Below, piece after piece: positions 45,042 through 54,964 of a DNA stretch of 64,000 nt (positions are counted from its first letter, which is position 1; every line of letters begins with the position of its first letter). The notes beneath the pieces are model-generated. The model saw only the letters and a list, made by a program, of their open reading frames with translations. It was not told the DNA's origin and made no database searches. The stretch is taken from positions 132,350 through 196,349 of the forward strand of contig CAZBHH010000003.1 in assembly GCA_964492065.1 (NCBI GenBank), read 5' to 3'. The translations under genes were made by a program, and so were the position numbers. The stretch is from an uncultured Chitinophagales bacterium. Its GTDB lineage: Bacteria > Bacteroidota > Bacteroidia > Chitinophagales > BACL12.

Positions 45042-46484
45042 TTACGGTCTTGCCACAATTTTTCCTATTAACGTTGCAGAGGTGGCCCCTGTCACCTCAA
45101 CGAATACATAATCTCCCGGCTTACTATGCTCCCTGGGGAAAACAATCATTTTGTTCTGATCATTCCTTCCGCAGTTATCGTCCAGGGAGCGGCGTGATGG
45201 TTTCTCTACCAATACCTTAAACACTTTACCGATATCGGCTGTATTCCGCTCGGCGGAATGCCGGTTTTGCAGCGCAATAATTTCATTCAGCCTGCGCTTT
45301 TTCACTTCTTCGGGCACATCGTCTGCGTATTTTCGGGCGGCAAGGGTGCCGGGGCGCTCGCTGTAGTAAAACATGTAGCTCATATCGTACTTCACCCATT
45401 GCATCAGGCTGAGTGTCTCCTGGTGATGATTTTCCGTTTCACCGCAAAAGCCCGCTATTATATCGGTGGAAATTCCGCAGTCCGGAACGATGCTCCGGAT
45501 GGCTTCGATGCGCTGCTCGTACCACGTCCGGTCGTAAGTGCGGTTCATGCGCTCCAATATCTCAGAACTGCCCGACTGCACCGGCAAATGGATATAGTTG
45601 CAAATATTTTCAAACGCTGCCATGGTATGGAGCACATCATCGGTCATATCTTTTGGATGGCTGGTGGAAAAACGCACCCGCAACAGCGGATCCACAGCGG
45701 CTACCGCTGCCAGCAATTCGGCAAAAGTCACCACCTTACCCGTTTCGGGGTTTTCCCATTTATATGAATCCACATTCTGGCCTAACAGCGTCACTTCCCG
45801 GTATCCCCGGTCGAACAATTCCCTCGCCTCCGCAACAATCGTGTGTAACGCCCTGCTCCTCTCTCTGCCGCGGGTGAACGGCACCACGCAGAACGAACAC
45901 ATATTGTCGCAGCCCCGCATAATGGAAATAAAGGCGGATATCCCGTTGGAATCTAATCGCAGGGGGCTGATATCGCTATAGGTCTCCTCCCGCGACAACA
46001 GCACATTCACGGCCTTCTGACCTTCATTGGCCGACACCAAAAGTTTGGGCAAATCGCGGTAGGCATCCGGCCCGCAGATGATGTCCACCAGTTTTTCCTC
46101 TTCCAACAGGTTGGACTTCAACCGTTCGGCCATGCATCCCAACATGCCTATCAAAGCTGAGGGGTTTTTGCGCTTCACCTGGCCGAATTCCTGTAGGCGA
46201 TTGCGCACCCGCTGTTCCGCATTGTCGCGGACAGCACAGGTGTTTATCAAGATCAGGTCGGCCTCCATGTAATTGCCGGTGACGCCGTAGCCCGCCTCGC
46301 TGAGTATGGAAGCAACGATCTCGCTGTCGCTGAAATTCATTTGACAACCATAACTCTCGATATAAAATGTTTTGCCTTTTTGACTGATTTTGGGGTTGCT
46401 GTAAACCTCGCCCTGTCTATCTTCCGATAGCACCTTGTTTATAGTTAACCGCTCTAATGTCGGATTGCTGTCGTACATTTCCAT
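45042..46484 (-). CDS. miaB: tRNA-2-methylthio-N6-dimethylallyladenosine synthase (radical SAM methylthiotransferase)
   Basis: [11 protein letters not shown], radical [14 protein letters not shown], and a C-terminal TRAM domain. The start is ambiguous (46484 or 46517). Confidence 0.85.
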   Translation of the reverse strand: MEMYDSNPTLERLTINKVLSEDRQGEVYSNPKISQKGKTFYIESYGCQMNFSDSEIVASILSEAGYGVTGNYMEADLILINTCAVRDNAEQRVRNRLQEFGQVKRKNPSALIGMLGCMAERLKSNLLEEEKLVDIICGPDAYRDLPKLLVSANEGQKAVNVLLSREETYSDISPLRLDSNGISAFISIMRGCDNMCSFCVVPFTRGRERSRALHTIVAEARELFDRGYREVTLLGQNVDSYKWENPETGKVVTFAELLAAVAAVDPLLRVRFSTSHPKDMTDDVLHTMAAFENICNYIHLPVQSGSSEILERMNRTYDRTWYEQRIEAIRSIVPDCGISTDIIAGFCGETENHHQETLSLMQWVKYDMSYMFYYSERPGTLAARKYADDVPEEVKKRRLNEIIALQNRHSAERNTADIGKVFKVLVEKPSRRSLDDNCGRNDQNKMIVFPREHSKPGDYVFVEVTGATSATLIGKIVARP

Positions 46485-46541
46485 TTTAATAATGCGAACA
46501 AAGTTACGAAATTGCACAGTCAGAATGACAGGTTTTCATCT

Positions 46542-47993
46542 ATGCATACGGCCATGACACAAATGCACATGCGGCGCCTCCTGTTTGCAGGCGGCTGCAT
46601 TTACTACGGAATCTGGATTTTCCTGAATTCGGCAATTCCATTTTCGTTCGATTACGTGTACCTGGTAAGTTATGTGGCACAACGCATTTACGATTCGGGT
46701 TTTCAAACCTGGATTGCAGATGCCACGGTGGATACCGGACACCCGCCGCTGATACCGCTGTTGCACGCTACCGGATGGATACTGTTTGGCAAATCGCTGC
46801 TTATTTCCCATGGCATTTCCTTTATTTTGGTTTGCTTAACCTATTATTACTTTTTGAATATTAGTAGCTTATGGCTAACTGCTACACAATTACTCACAGC
46901 CGCCTTACTGTTTTTATTTTTTCCCATTACCCTTGCCCAGGCGATTTATATGAGCCCTGATTTAGCCGTAAGCGCCTTCTTTCTGGGCGCCTTGTACTAC
47001 AATCTAAAGGGGAAGTCATGGCTCTACAACATCTCGCTCGCACTGCTGCTGCTCACCTCGGTCAGAGGGTTGTTGCTGTTTGCCGCTTTCATTTCAAACG
47101 ATTTGCTGCATGCCGCCCGAGAGGATAACAGGAAAACGCTTTACCTGCGAATCGCCGGTTATGCGGCGGCCGCATTGCCCTGTGTACTTTGGAATAACTA
47201 CCACTACATAACAACGGGTTGGATTCTCGGCGGGCACGAGACAATCTGGTCGGCACACCGGGAGTTTATTTCCATCGGACAACTCCCAATCCATACGGGA
47301 GCGCTGGGGTTCCGGCTGCTGGAATTTGGCGGGCTATGCATCTGGCCGATCGCTATCTTGCTGCGCAAGCGAGCGCCGGCAGCCGCAGCTCTGAAACCCC
47401 TGTTCCGAATAGGCGTTTTTGCCCTCCTTTACAATGGCCTGGCATTGCTGCCCTTTGCCAACCCGATTTCCACACGGTATCTGCTCCCTTTGTTTTTAAC
47501 AGGCTTGCTATTGGTAACTCCCTGCATTGCCGCCTTATCGATGCAGCTCCGCACAGGTGTATTGCTGTTCTGCTTTGCCGCAATGGCCGGCAATGTATTG
47601 TACATCTATCCCGACAGGTTTATTAAAGCCGCCGGTTACAGTTGGGACTGCACTCCCATGTCGCTTATCTATTTCAACTTACTCGAAAAAAAAGCTTTAC
47701 ATTTTATTGATAACGAATTAAATAAAGATACTAATTCACTCGTTTATGCCGGCATGCCGTTTTATCAATCCAGTGTTTACACCCGACTGGAACCCAAAAA
47801 CACAAATCCGACGACTGCGTGGGAAGAAAACAGTTTACCGGCCGAAGGGTATTTCGTCGAGTCCAATACGATGAACCAGGTCACCTGGGAACAGAAGACC
47901 ACATTGGAAAAAGAATGGCAGTTGCTGGGCAATTTTCAATCGGGACGGATATATATCCGCATTTACGGCAGGCAGTTGCCGCCGGGTAGTTAA
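46542..47993 (+). CDS. Polytopic membrane protein; candidate GT-C (ArnT/PMT-like) glycosyltransferase
   Basis: More than 10 hydrophobic helices and a first-loop motif DATVDTGHPPL. The family assignment is tentative and the start is ambiguous (46512/46542). Confidence 0.45.
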   Translation: MHTAMTQMHMRRLLFAGGCIYYGIWIFLNSAIPFSFDYVYLVSYVAQRIYDSGFQTWIADATVDTGHPPLIPLLHATGWILFGKSLLISHGISFILVCLTYYYFLNISSLWLTATQLLTAALLFLFFPITLAQAIYMSPDLAVSAFFLGALYYNLKGKSWLYNISLALLLLTSVRGLLLFAAFISNDLLHAAREDNRKTLYLRIAGYAAAALPCVLWNNYHYITTGWILGGHETIWSAHREFISIGQLPIHTGALGFRLLEFGGLCIWPIAILLRKRAPAAAALKPLFRIGVFALLYNGLALLPFANPISTRYLLPLFLTGLLLVTPCIAALSMQLRTGVLLFCFAAMAGNVLYIYPDRFIKAAGYSWDCTPMSLIYFNLLEKKALHFIDNELNKDTNSLVYAGMPFYQSSVYTRLEPKNTNPTTAWEENSLPAEGYFVESNTMNQVTWEQKTTLEKEWQLLGNFQSGRIYIRIYGRQLPPGS

Positions 47994-48066
47994 TTCGGGT
48001 TAATTCTCAAAAAAGCCATACTTTTGGCCGCTATTCCGAGTTGTTAATGCTTAAATTTTTTTGCAG

Positions 48067-49635
48067 ATGGATTATTCAATGGGCGCCGGCTATATAGTTT
48101 TCTTTAGCATTTCCTTTCTGTTGTTTGAAGTGGGATTGTACAAGATGTTTGAAAAAGCCGGCTTACCGGGATGGAAGGGACTGATACCGTTTTACAATGC
48201 CTACTACATCATTAAACTCTCCGGAAAGCCCTCTTACTGGTTGTGGCTATTACTGGTTCCGATTGTCAATGCAGTAATCTTTTTCTTACTTGTAACCGAG
48301 TGGGTAAAAGCCTTCGGCAAGGACGGCTTTTGGCAGGGCGTCGCAGCCATGATGTTCCCGCAGTTTTATTTTGCCGTGCTGGGCTTCGATACAAAGACGA
48401 AATACGAAGGCATTCCCGCTGAAATATATAAGAACCGCAAGAAGGGTTTCTGGAGGGAATGGGCAGATGCGATTGCCTTTGCCGTGGTAGCCGCCACTTT
48501 TATACGCACGTTTATTTTTGAAGCGTACACCATTCCCACCACTTCGATGGAGGGCACCTTATTGGCCGGCGATTTCCTGTTTGTGAGCAAGATGCACTAC
48601 GGCCCGCGGTTCCCGATTACGCCGCTGGCATTTCCCTTTGCGCATCACACCATGCCGGTAATCGGCGGCAAGGCATATTCCACACTCATTCAGCTCCCCT
48701 ATTTGCGGCTGCCGGGTATTCAATCCATTCACCGCAACGATATCGTGGTTTTCAACTTCCCGGAAGGCGATACCATTTTTAAGCCTATCGGCGACCAGGA
48801 TTACTACGATATGAAACGTGCCGACCCGGATGGCTTCAGGCCCCGCCCCGACCAGATAGGCACCCGGCCCATCGACAAGCGGGAAAACTATATCAAGCGC
48901 TGCGTGGGCATTCCGGGCGATTCGCTGGAAGTGAAAAACGGCACACTGTATATCAACGGCGAAATAGCATTTCAACCCGAACACTTACAAAAATCTTATC
49001 GCATTGTCTTTAAACCGAATGTCACTGTGCCGCCGGATTTCCTGGAAGAACAGGGCGTGAACCTGATGGACTACGAGCGCAACGGATTATACGCCGACAA
49101 CCAGATGTTCGTCATTGTAAACATCGACAAGGAAACTTTAGACCGCTTCAAAAAGAATCCATCGGTGGACATTATTGAAGAGATAACCAAGACCAGGTTT
49201 AATGTAGAAAGCCAAAGGGATTATACCCCGGCGAGGTATTATCCACACGATCCCGGGCTGCAGAAAAACAGCATCGACGATTTCGGCCCAATATACGTTC
49301 CGAAACGAGGCGCCACTGTGCAAATTTCAAAAGAAAACTACCCTTACTTTAAGCGTATAATTGAATTTTACGAGCGCAACAAGGTAACGTTTGATACAGC
49401 GGGGAACCCGATGTTGAACGGGCAACCGCTGACGTCCTATACCTTTAAGCAGAACTATTATTTCATGATGGGCGATAATCGCCACCGCTCTCTCGACTCC
49501 CGCTTCTGGGGTTTTGTACCCGAAGACCACGTGGTGGGCAAGGCGGCCATGGTTTGGTGGAGTTGGGATAGCAAAAAACCGCTGTTTCAGCGATTTGGCA
49601 CCATACGCTGGGATCGTGTATTTCGTTTCTTATAA
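48067..49635 (+). CDS. lepB: Signal peptidase I (long Bacteroidota form with an N-terminal membrane extension)
   Basis: The catalytic Ser box is IPTTSMEGTLLAGDFLFVSK and the Lys box is IKRCVGIPGD. Also GDNRHRSLDSRFWGFVP. Confidence 0.85.
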   Translation: MDYSMGAGYIVFFSISFLLFEVGLYKMFEKAGLPGWKGLIPFYNAYYIIKLSGKPSYWLWLLLVPIVNAVIFFLLVTEWVKAFGKDGFWQGVAAMMFPQFYFAVLGFDTKTKYEGIPAEIYKNRKKGFWREWADAIAFAVVAATFIRTFIFEAYTIPTTSMEGTLLAGDFLFVSKMHYGPRFPITPLAFPFAHHTMPVIGGKAYSTLIQLPYLRLPGIQSIHRNDIVVFNFPEGDTIFKPIGDQDYYDMKRADPDGFRPRPDQIGTRPIDKRENYIKRCVGIPGDSLEVKNGTLYINGEIAFQPEHLQKSYRIVFKPNVTVPPDFLEEQGVNLMDYERNGLYADNQMFVIVNIDKETLDRFKKNPSVDIIEEITKTRFNVESQRDYTPARYYPHDPGLQKNSIDDFGPIYVPKRGATVQISKENYPYFKRIIEFYERNKVTFDTAGNPMLNGQPLTSYTFKQNYYFMMGDNRHRSLDSRFWGFVPEDHVVGKAAMVWWSWDSKKPLFQRFGTIRWDRVFRFL

Positions 49636-49653
49636 TCCGCTAACCGGAAAATC

Positions 49654-50001
49654 ATGGAATGCAGATTCGTTGTACCAGTTATTGCCTGTACATTTACCGC
49701 AATGAGTTTTATGGCATGCCGAACCGCACACGGCGAAAAGACCAGCACGTTTAAAGTGTATGGCAATTGCGAAATGTGCGAGGAAAATATCGAGACCGCA
49801 TTGGACAGAGACGGGATTTACAGCGCCAGTTGGAATAAAGATACCAAGATGATACGAGTGAAGTTTGATTCCACCCGATATGTGCTCGACCAGATTTACA
49901 CTTTGATTTCAGAAGCGGGTTATGATACCGAAACTACCCGTGCTACCGACGAAGCATACATGCGATTAGACGAGTGCTGCCGATACGAACGGCCGATGTA
50001 A
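49654..50001 (+). CDS. Heavy-metal-associated (HMA) domain protein
   Basis: FKVYGNCEMCEENIETAL is a CxxC metal-binding loop in a ferredoxin-like fold context. N-terminal signal/lipobox FMAC. Confidence 0.65.
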   Translation: MECRFVVPVIACTFTAMSFMACRTAHGEKTSTFKVYGNCEMCEENIETALDRDGIYSASWNKDTKMIRVKFDSTRYVLDQIYTLISEAGYDTETTRATDEAYMRLDECCRYERPM

Positions 50002-50103
50002 TTGCTGCGCTGCCCCCAATCCATGTGATACCCGCTCCGGATAGGCGCCATGCCGAATCTGCGTATATTTACATCGATCCACGACCGCAGACAGAACAGC
50101 GCT

Positions 50104-50577
50104 ATGCAAATGACACTTTTGGCAATTGGAAAAACTAAAAATCAACATCTCATCGCCTTAATAACCGGTTATGCCCGGCGCATTAACAGGTACAGCAAAT
50201 TTATGATTGTGGAATTGCCCGATATAAAAAATGCCGCCTCGATGGATGCAGAGTCCCTCCTAAAAAAAGAGGCGGAGCTGTTGCTGAAACATATCGGCCC
50301 CAATGACAGCGTTGTTCTCCTCGACTCCGGCGGCAGGCAGTACAATTCGGAGGCCTTTGCAAAATTCATCGCACAGAAACAGGTGGCCAACACGCAACAC
50401 CTCGTATTTACCGTGGGCGGCGCCTATGGATTCCACTCTTCCCTGTACACCCTGTTTTCCGAGCAATGCAGCCTCGCCCCGCTCACTTTTACCCATCAGT
50501 TGGTACGGCTGATTTTTTGCGAACAATTGTACCGGGCGTTTACCATTATTCACAATGAACCTTACCACCACGCATAA
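50104..50577 (+). CDS. rlmH: 23S rRNA (pseudouridine1915-N3)-methyltransferase
   Basis: LLAIGKTK..., FTVGGAYGF, FTHQLVRLIFCEQLYRAFTIIHNEPYHH. Start at the ATG at 50104. Confidence 0.85.
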   Translation: MQMTLLAIGKTKNQHLIALITGYARRINRYSKFMIVELPDIKNAASMDAESLLKKEAELLLKHIGPNDSVVLLDSGGRQYNSEAFAKFIAQKQVANTQHLVFTVGGAYGFHSSLYTLFSEQCSLAPLTFTHQLVRLIFCEQLYRAFTIIHNEPYHHA

Positions 50578-50583
50578 CCGACG

Positions 50584-51219
50584 ATGAACTACACTTCCAT
50601 CACCCTGGTAATCATTATTCTCACCTGTATCACCTCTATTATGGCGTTTAGCAATGCGGCGATGAAAGGCGCTGCATTATTCTATCCCTACCTCGTAAAA
50701 AAACAGGGGGAATGGCACCGCTTTTTCACGGGCGGGTTCATTCATGCCGATTGGTTACATCTCGCCGTAAATATGTATGTCTTGTACATGTTTGGCAATA
50801 TCCTGGAGAAATACCTGCTACCCGTGTATTTTATGCAAAAGTCGAAACTGGTGTATATCATCATCTATCTCGGCGGGATAATTGTCGCAGACATTCCCTC
50901 TTTCCTGAAACACCGGAACGATCCGTCGTTTCGGTCGCTCGGCGCCTCGGGAGCCGTTTCTGCCATCGTGTTTGCGGGCATTCTCATCAATCCCTGGGAA
51001 GGCGGCATCGGGTTGTTATTCCTGCCGGGCATCATGCTGCCGCCGGTCGTTTTCGGCGGTTTGTACCTGCTGTACACGGCGTATATGGCCCGCCGCCAGA
51101 TGGACAATATTAACCACGACGCCCATCTCTTCGGGGCGTTATTCGGTTTTTTACTGCCGGGGATCATTAAGCCGGCTATTTATATTGCTTTTATCGATCA
51201 AATATTTACCAGGTTATGA
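50584..51219 (+). CDS. Rhomboid family intramembrane serine protease
   Basis: HLAVNMYVLYMFG, catalytic GASGAVSAIVFAG, and HDAHLFGALFGFL. Confidence 0.8.
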   Translation: MNYTSITLVIIILTCITSIMAFSNAAMKGAALFYPYLVKKQGEWHRFFTGGFIHADWLHLAVNMYVLYMFGNILEKYLLPVYFMQKSKLVYIIIYLGGIIVADIPSFLKHRNDPSFRSLGASGAVSAIVFAGILINPWEGGIGLLFLPGIMLPPVVFGGLYLLYTAYMARRQMDNINHDAHLFGALFGFLLPGIIKPAIYIAFIDQIFTRL

Positions 51220-52250
51220 TTGTTGATCTGCGAAGCGATACCGTTACACAACCGACGGAAGCAATGCGGGATGCAATGCGCAATGCAACGGTGGGCGATG
51301 ATGTATTTGGCGAGGACCCTTCGATTAATCGACTGGAGGCCACTGCTGCCGACATGTTTGGAATGGGAGCCGCAATGTTTTGCCCGACAGCCACCATGTG
51401 CAATCAAATTGCCATCAAGGCACAGACGCAACCGATGGATGAAATCATCTGCGACCGGTTGTCGCATATTTACCAATACGAAGTCGGCGGATATGCATTT
51501 CTTTCGGGATGCAGCATAAAAACCATCCACAGCGAGCGGGGCATTCTTACACCGCAACAGATTCGTGCAGCGATAAACCCCACCGATATTCACAAACCCG
51601 TCAGCCGGTTGGTCTGCCTGGAAAACACCTGCAATAAAGGCGGCGGCGCTGCCTATGCACTGCATCAGATACAAGCCATCAGCGCATTATGCCGGGAGGA
51701 ACAGTTAGCGCTGCACCTCGACGGATCCCGGCTGTTTAACGCCCTCACAGCTACGGGAGATACGCCGGGCGGTTACGGAAAATATTTCCACTCGATAACG
51801 TTATGCCTGTCGAAAGGACTCGGCTGCCCCGCCGGCGCATTGCTGCTCGGCGATGCGGAACTGATACAGAGAGCCCGTCGCATACGCAAAGTATTCGGTG
51901 GCGGTATGCGGCAGGCCGGGATATTTGCAGCGGCGGGGATATATGCCCTAAACCATCATATCGCAGCGTTGCAGACAGACCATATTCACGCCGGCATAAT
52001 TGCCGATGCACTTCTGAAAGCGCCCTATGTAAAAGATGTGCTGCCAGTAGAGACAAATATTATTATTTTCAGCCTAAAGGATGCTGCCCGTGATTTGGAT
52101 TTTATAGAATATTTGGACGAGAAGAAAATAAAGGCATTTGCCATCGGCGATAATAAAGTCCGGTTTGTAACGCACCGCGATATAACTGAAAATATGATTC
52201 CACACATCCTTAATGCGCTTGCCGGTTACAGGTATGAAGCGGTTGCATGA
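51216..52250 (+). CDS. ltaE: Low-specificity L-threonine aldolase (PLP-dependent, GntG/LtaE family)
   Basis: IVDLRSDTVTQPTEAMRDAM...GDDVFGEDPS...SLCLSKGLG (PLP Lys). Confidence 0.8.
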   Translation: MIVDLRSDTVTQPTEAMRDAMRNATVGDDVFGEDPSINRLEATAADMFGMGAAMFCPTATMCNQIAIKAQTQPMDEIICDRLSHIYQYEVGGYAFLSGCSIKTIHSERGILTPQQIRAAINPTDIHKPVSRLVCLENTCNKGGGAAYALHQIQAISALCREEQLALHLDGSRLFNALTATGDTPGGYGKYFHSITLCLSKGLGCPAGALLLGDAELIQRARRIRKVFGGGMRQAGIFAAAGIYALNHHIAALQTDHIHAGIIADALLKAPYVKDVLPVETNIIIFSLKDAARDLDFIEYLDEKKIKAFAIGDNKVRFVTHRDITENMIPHILNALAGYRYEAVA

Positions 52251-52298
52251 ACAGGTATTTCACGTCGCCAGCGCTCTTTTTACATTCAATTGTATTAT

Positions 52299-52306
52299 TA
52301 ACTTTG
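52299..52306 (+). promoter_or_regulatory. Candidate -7 box TAACTTTG for the lipoprotein-VTC-DUF4956 operon
   Basis: Exact TAnnTTTG match 21 nt upstream of the ATG at 52327. Confidence 0.4.
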
Positions 52307-52326
52307 AAGGTTAATCAACCAGCGAT

Positions 52327-52728
52327 ATGAATTTGAAAATATTACTGCCTTCCTGTCTTTTGCTTTGCTTCGCAGCGCTGATTGCCGGCTGTAACCTGGG
52401 GCCGGGAGAAGGCGGTACGGCAACCATTGTCGGCAAGGTGAAGGCGATGGAATACAACAGTTCCGGGCTTTTCATAAAGGAATACTATGCAGCCAATGAG
52501 CGGGTATTTATTATCTACGGCGATGAAGCGTACCAGAGCGATGAGGTGCGGACAAGCTACGACGGTTCCTACCGGTTTGAATTTTTGCGCAAGGGCGATT
52601 ACACCCTTTTCGTTTACTCGGATTGCCCGGCATGCGACGGCGAAATGCAGGCTGTATTTGTCGATGTCAGCATTACTAAAAATGGCAGGGAAGTAACGGC
52701 GCCAGAAATGATTATTGAAAAACACTGA
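52327..52728 (+). CDS. Small lipoprotein, carboxypeptidase-regulatory-like beta-sandwich candidate
   Basis: Lipobox LIAGC. Also GTATIVGKV...DGSYRFEFLRKGDYTLFVY. Confidence 0.6.
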   Translation: MNLKILLPSCLLLCFAALIAGCNLGPGEGGTATIVGKVKAMEYNSSGLFIKEYYAANERVFIIYGDEAYQSDEVRTSYDGSYRFEFLRKGDYTLFVYSDCPACDGEMQAVFVDVSITKNGREVTAPEMIIEKH

Positions 52729-53496
52729 TTGAAAGATTTCCGGGCCATATTAAATCAGTTCCAACCCATTGCACTTCCCGAAATGAATGCAGTGGAATTA
52801 TTGGACAGAAAGGACACCAAATTCCTGTTCGATGTGCATAGCCTGTACGATATACTCAGCGATCTCAGGGAGCACTATTGCGTATTGGAGGTGAACGGCG
52901 TTCGCCTGATCGGTTACAGGAATTTATACTTTGACACTGCCGATTACCAGTTTTACTTTAAGCATCACAACAAGCGCATGAACCGCCATAAGATGCGGAT
53001 ACGCCAATACTCCGATACGGGCTTGTGTTACTTTGAAATAAAATTGAAGACCAATACCCGCCGCACGGTGAAGAAGCGCATGCGCATTGCGGTGTTTACA
53101 CCCGAAATCACCTCCGAAATGGCGGCATTTATCCGCAGGGAAACACCCATTGACCCGCAACTGCTTCTGCCGAATGTGGAAATCGCCTTTCGGCGTATTA
53201 CACTGGTAGATAAAAAATTAAGGGAAAGAGCGACGATAGACACCGGGCTTATCGTAAAAAATACCGGACAGACTAAAGAGTTTGAAAACATTGCCATTGC
53301 CGAATTAAAACAAAACAGAACATCGTCGGGCTCGGTATTCCGCGAAGTGATGCGCAATCACTATTCCCGCGAAATGCGCATCAGCAAATACTGCATTGCA
53401 CTGTCCGGGCTGCATCCCGACCTGAAACAAAACCGGTTTAAACCCAAGCATCTCGCTATTCATAAAATTGATAAAAAGTATTTCGTTTATGGCTGA
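52729..53496 (+). CDS. VTC domain protein (CYTH/triphosphate-tunnel fold; 'polyphosphate polymerase domain-containing protein')
   Basis: Alternating charged beta-strand motifs: RKDTKFLF, YFDT, HKMRIRQY, YFEIKLK, RITLVD, IAELKQ. The TTG start directly abuts the upstream TGA. Confidence 0.65.
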   Translation: MKDFRAILNQFQPIALPEMNAVELLDRKDTKFLFDVHSLYDILSDLREHYCVLEVNGVRLIGYRNLYFDTADYQFYFKHHNKRMNRHKMRIRQYSDTGLCYFEIKLKTNTRRTVKKRMRIAVFTPEITSEMAAFIRRETPIDPQLLLPNVEIAFRRITLVDKKLRERATIDTGLIVKNTGQTKEFENIAIAELKQNRTSSGSVFREVMRNHYSREMRISKYCIALSGLHPDLKQNRFKPKHLAIHKIDKKYFVYG

Positions 53497-54145
53497 ATTG
53501 GATTCACTTAACGCTATTGGTACGGAGGAAACGGCTGCTGACACGTTTGAGATCATGGATATCGAGTTTTACGACGACGACTTCCCGGATTTGCTGGTGC
53601 GGTTTCTGTTTAATATGCTGGTTACTTTCCTGTTGCTGCGCTATATCTACCGCAGCGACAAAAAGAACAAGAATTACGTATTTACATTCTACGTGTTCAG
53701 CACGTTGATTTTCTTTCTCTGCTATATGATGAATTCCGTAAAACTCAGCCTGGGTTTTGCCTTCGGACTATTCGCCGTATTCTCTATTCTGCGCTATCGA
53801 ACAATCAGCATCCCGATGAAAGAAATGACCTACCTGTTTTTGGTTATCGGCATTTCGGTTATCAATGCATTGACGACAAAAAAGGTATCGTTCGTAGAAC
53901 TCGTATTTACCAATATCGCCATCGTGAGCATTACGCTTATCCTGGAACGGCTCTGGTACCACGAGGGGCTGAGTGAACGGGTTATTCTCTATGAAAAGAT
54001 TGAAAATATCAAACCCGCGAATCACCAGGTCATGCTCGACGACCTGTGTAACCGAACGGGTTTAGACATCCGTGAATTCGATATCGTGGAAACAGATTTC
54101 GTGCAGGATATCGCCCGGGTGCGCATTTATTATAAATCGCGATGA
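53489..54145 (+). CDS. DUF4956 domain membrane protein
   Basis: LLVRFLFNMLVTFLLLRYIY...FGLFAVFSILRYRTISIPMKEMTYLFLVIGISVINAL. The ATG overlaps the VTC gene stop (ATGGCTGA). Confidence 0.65.
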   Translation: MAELDSLNAIGTEETAADTFEIMDIEFYDDDFPDLLVRFLFNMLVTFLLLRYIYRSDKKNKNYVFTFYVFSTLIFFLCYMMNSVKLSLGFAFGLFAVFSILRYRTISIPMKEMTYLFLVIGISVINALTTKKVSFVELVFTNIAIVSITLILERLWYHEGLSERVILYEKIENIKPANHQVMLDDLCNRTGLDIREFDIVETDFVQDIARVRIYYKSR

Positions 54146-54783
54146 CCTTGAACCGGCACATGCATATCCTGTGGTTGGTCCTGGCAATGCCCGCAGCGGC
54201 AATTGCCCAGGACATCAATTACGGAATATGGACACAGGTGGCGGTATCTTTTGACGTTGCCAAAGATTTGAAAGGATCGGTTTCCGAAATGTATCGCCAG
54301 GATTTGCAGACACCTCTGGACAGGGCGGTGATTACGGAACTGGGTTTAAAATACGACCTCTCAAAAAAATGGTCGGTTGCCGGCGAATACCGCTTTAAGC
54401 ACGAGCCGTCGGATTACGTAAACCGCATTTCCGCCGCCCTCAGCTTTCGCGAAGGCATGGGCACATTCGATTTATACATGCGATCGAAATTGCAATATGA
54501 ATTAGCGCCATACGATATGCCGGAAACCACCTGGCGCAATCGCTTCAAAATGCGTTTCGACTTTTTCAAGGATGTGAAGCCTTATTGCTCCTACGAAATT
54601 TTCCTGAGCAAAAAGCACACGGAAGTCAACCTCTCATCCTACAGGGCATCCGCAGGTGTTGACTGGGAATTGAACAAGCGCAATGCCGTTGAAATTTACA
54701 TCATTACCGATCAGGAAATCAATGAAGCCAATCCCAAATTAGATTTGGTCTTCGGAGTGAGCTACGAATATAAGTTCAAGTGA
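54142..54783 (+). CDS. Secreted beta-strand-rich protein (DUF2490-like; possible outer-membrane protein)
   Basis: Signal peptide HILWLVLAMPAAAIAQ. Alternating aromatic/polar pattern (W.VAGEYRFKHE, LVFGVSYEYKF). ATGA overlap with the upstream gene. Confidence 0.5.
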   Translation: MTLNRHMHILWLVLAMPAAAIAQDINYGIWTQVAVSFDVAKDLKGSVSEMYRQDLQTPLDRAVITELGLKYDLSKKWSVAGEYRFKHEPSDYVNRISAALSFREGMGTFDLYMRSKLQYELAPYDMPETTWRNRFKMRFDFFKDVKPYCSYEIFLSKKHTEVNLSSYRASAGVDWELNKRNAVEIYIITDQEINEANPKLDLVFGVSYEYKFK

Positions 54784-54964
54784 TGATGAACAACTGTATT
54801 AAACAGGCAGACATCATTAAAACCCTTTCGCATTTTTAACTAACAATAACAACAACCGGTTAACCGAAAATAAACCATTCCAATGATTTTGTAATACATT
54901 TGAATTACGATGGAATTTTTGAAGGGCTGCGGTGCAATGCTAAAATAAAAATTTATACAGCGCC

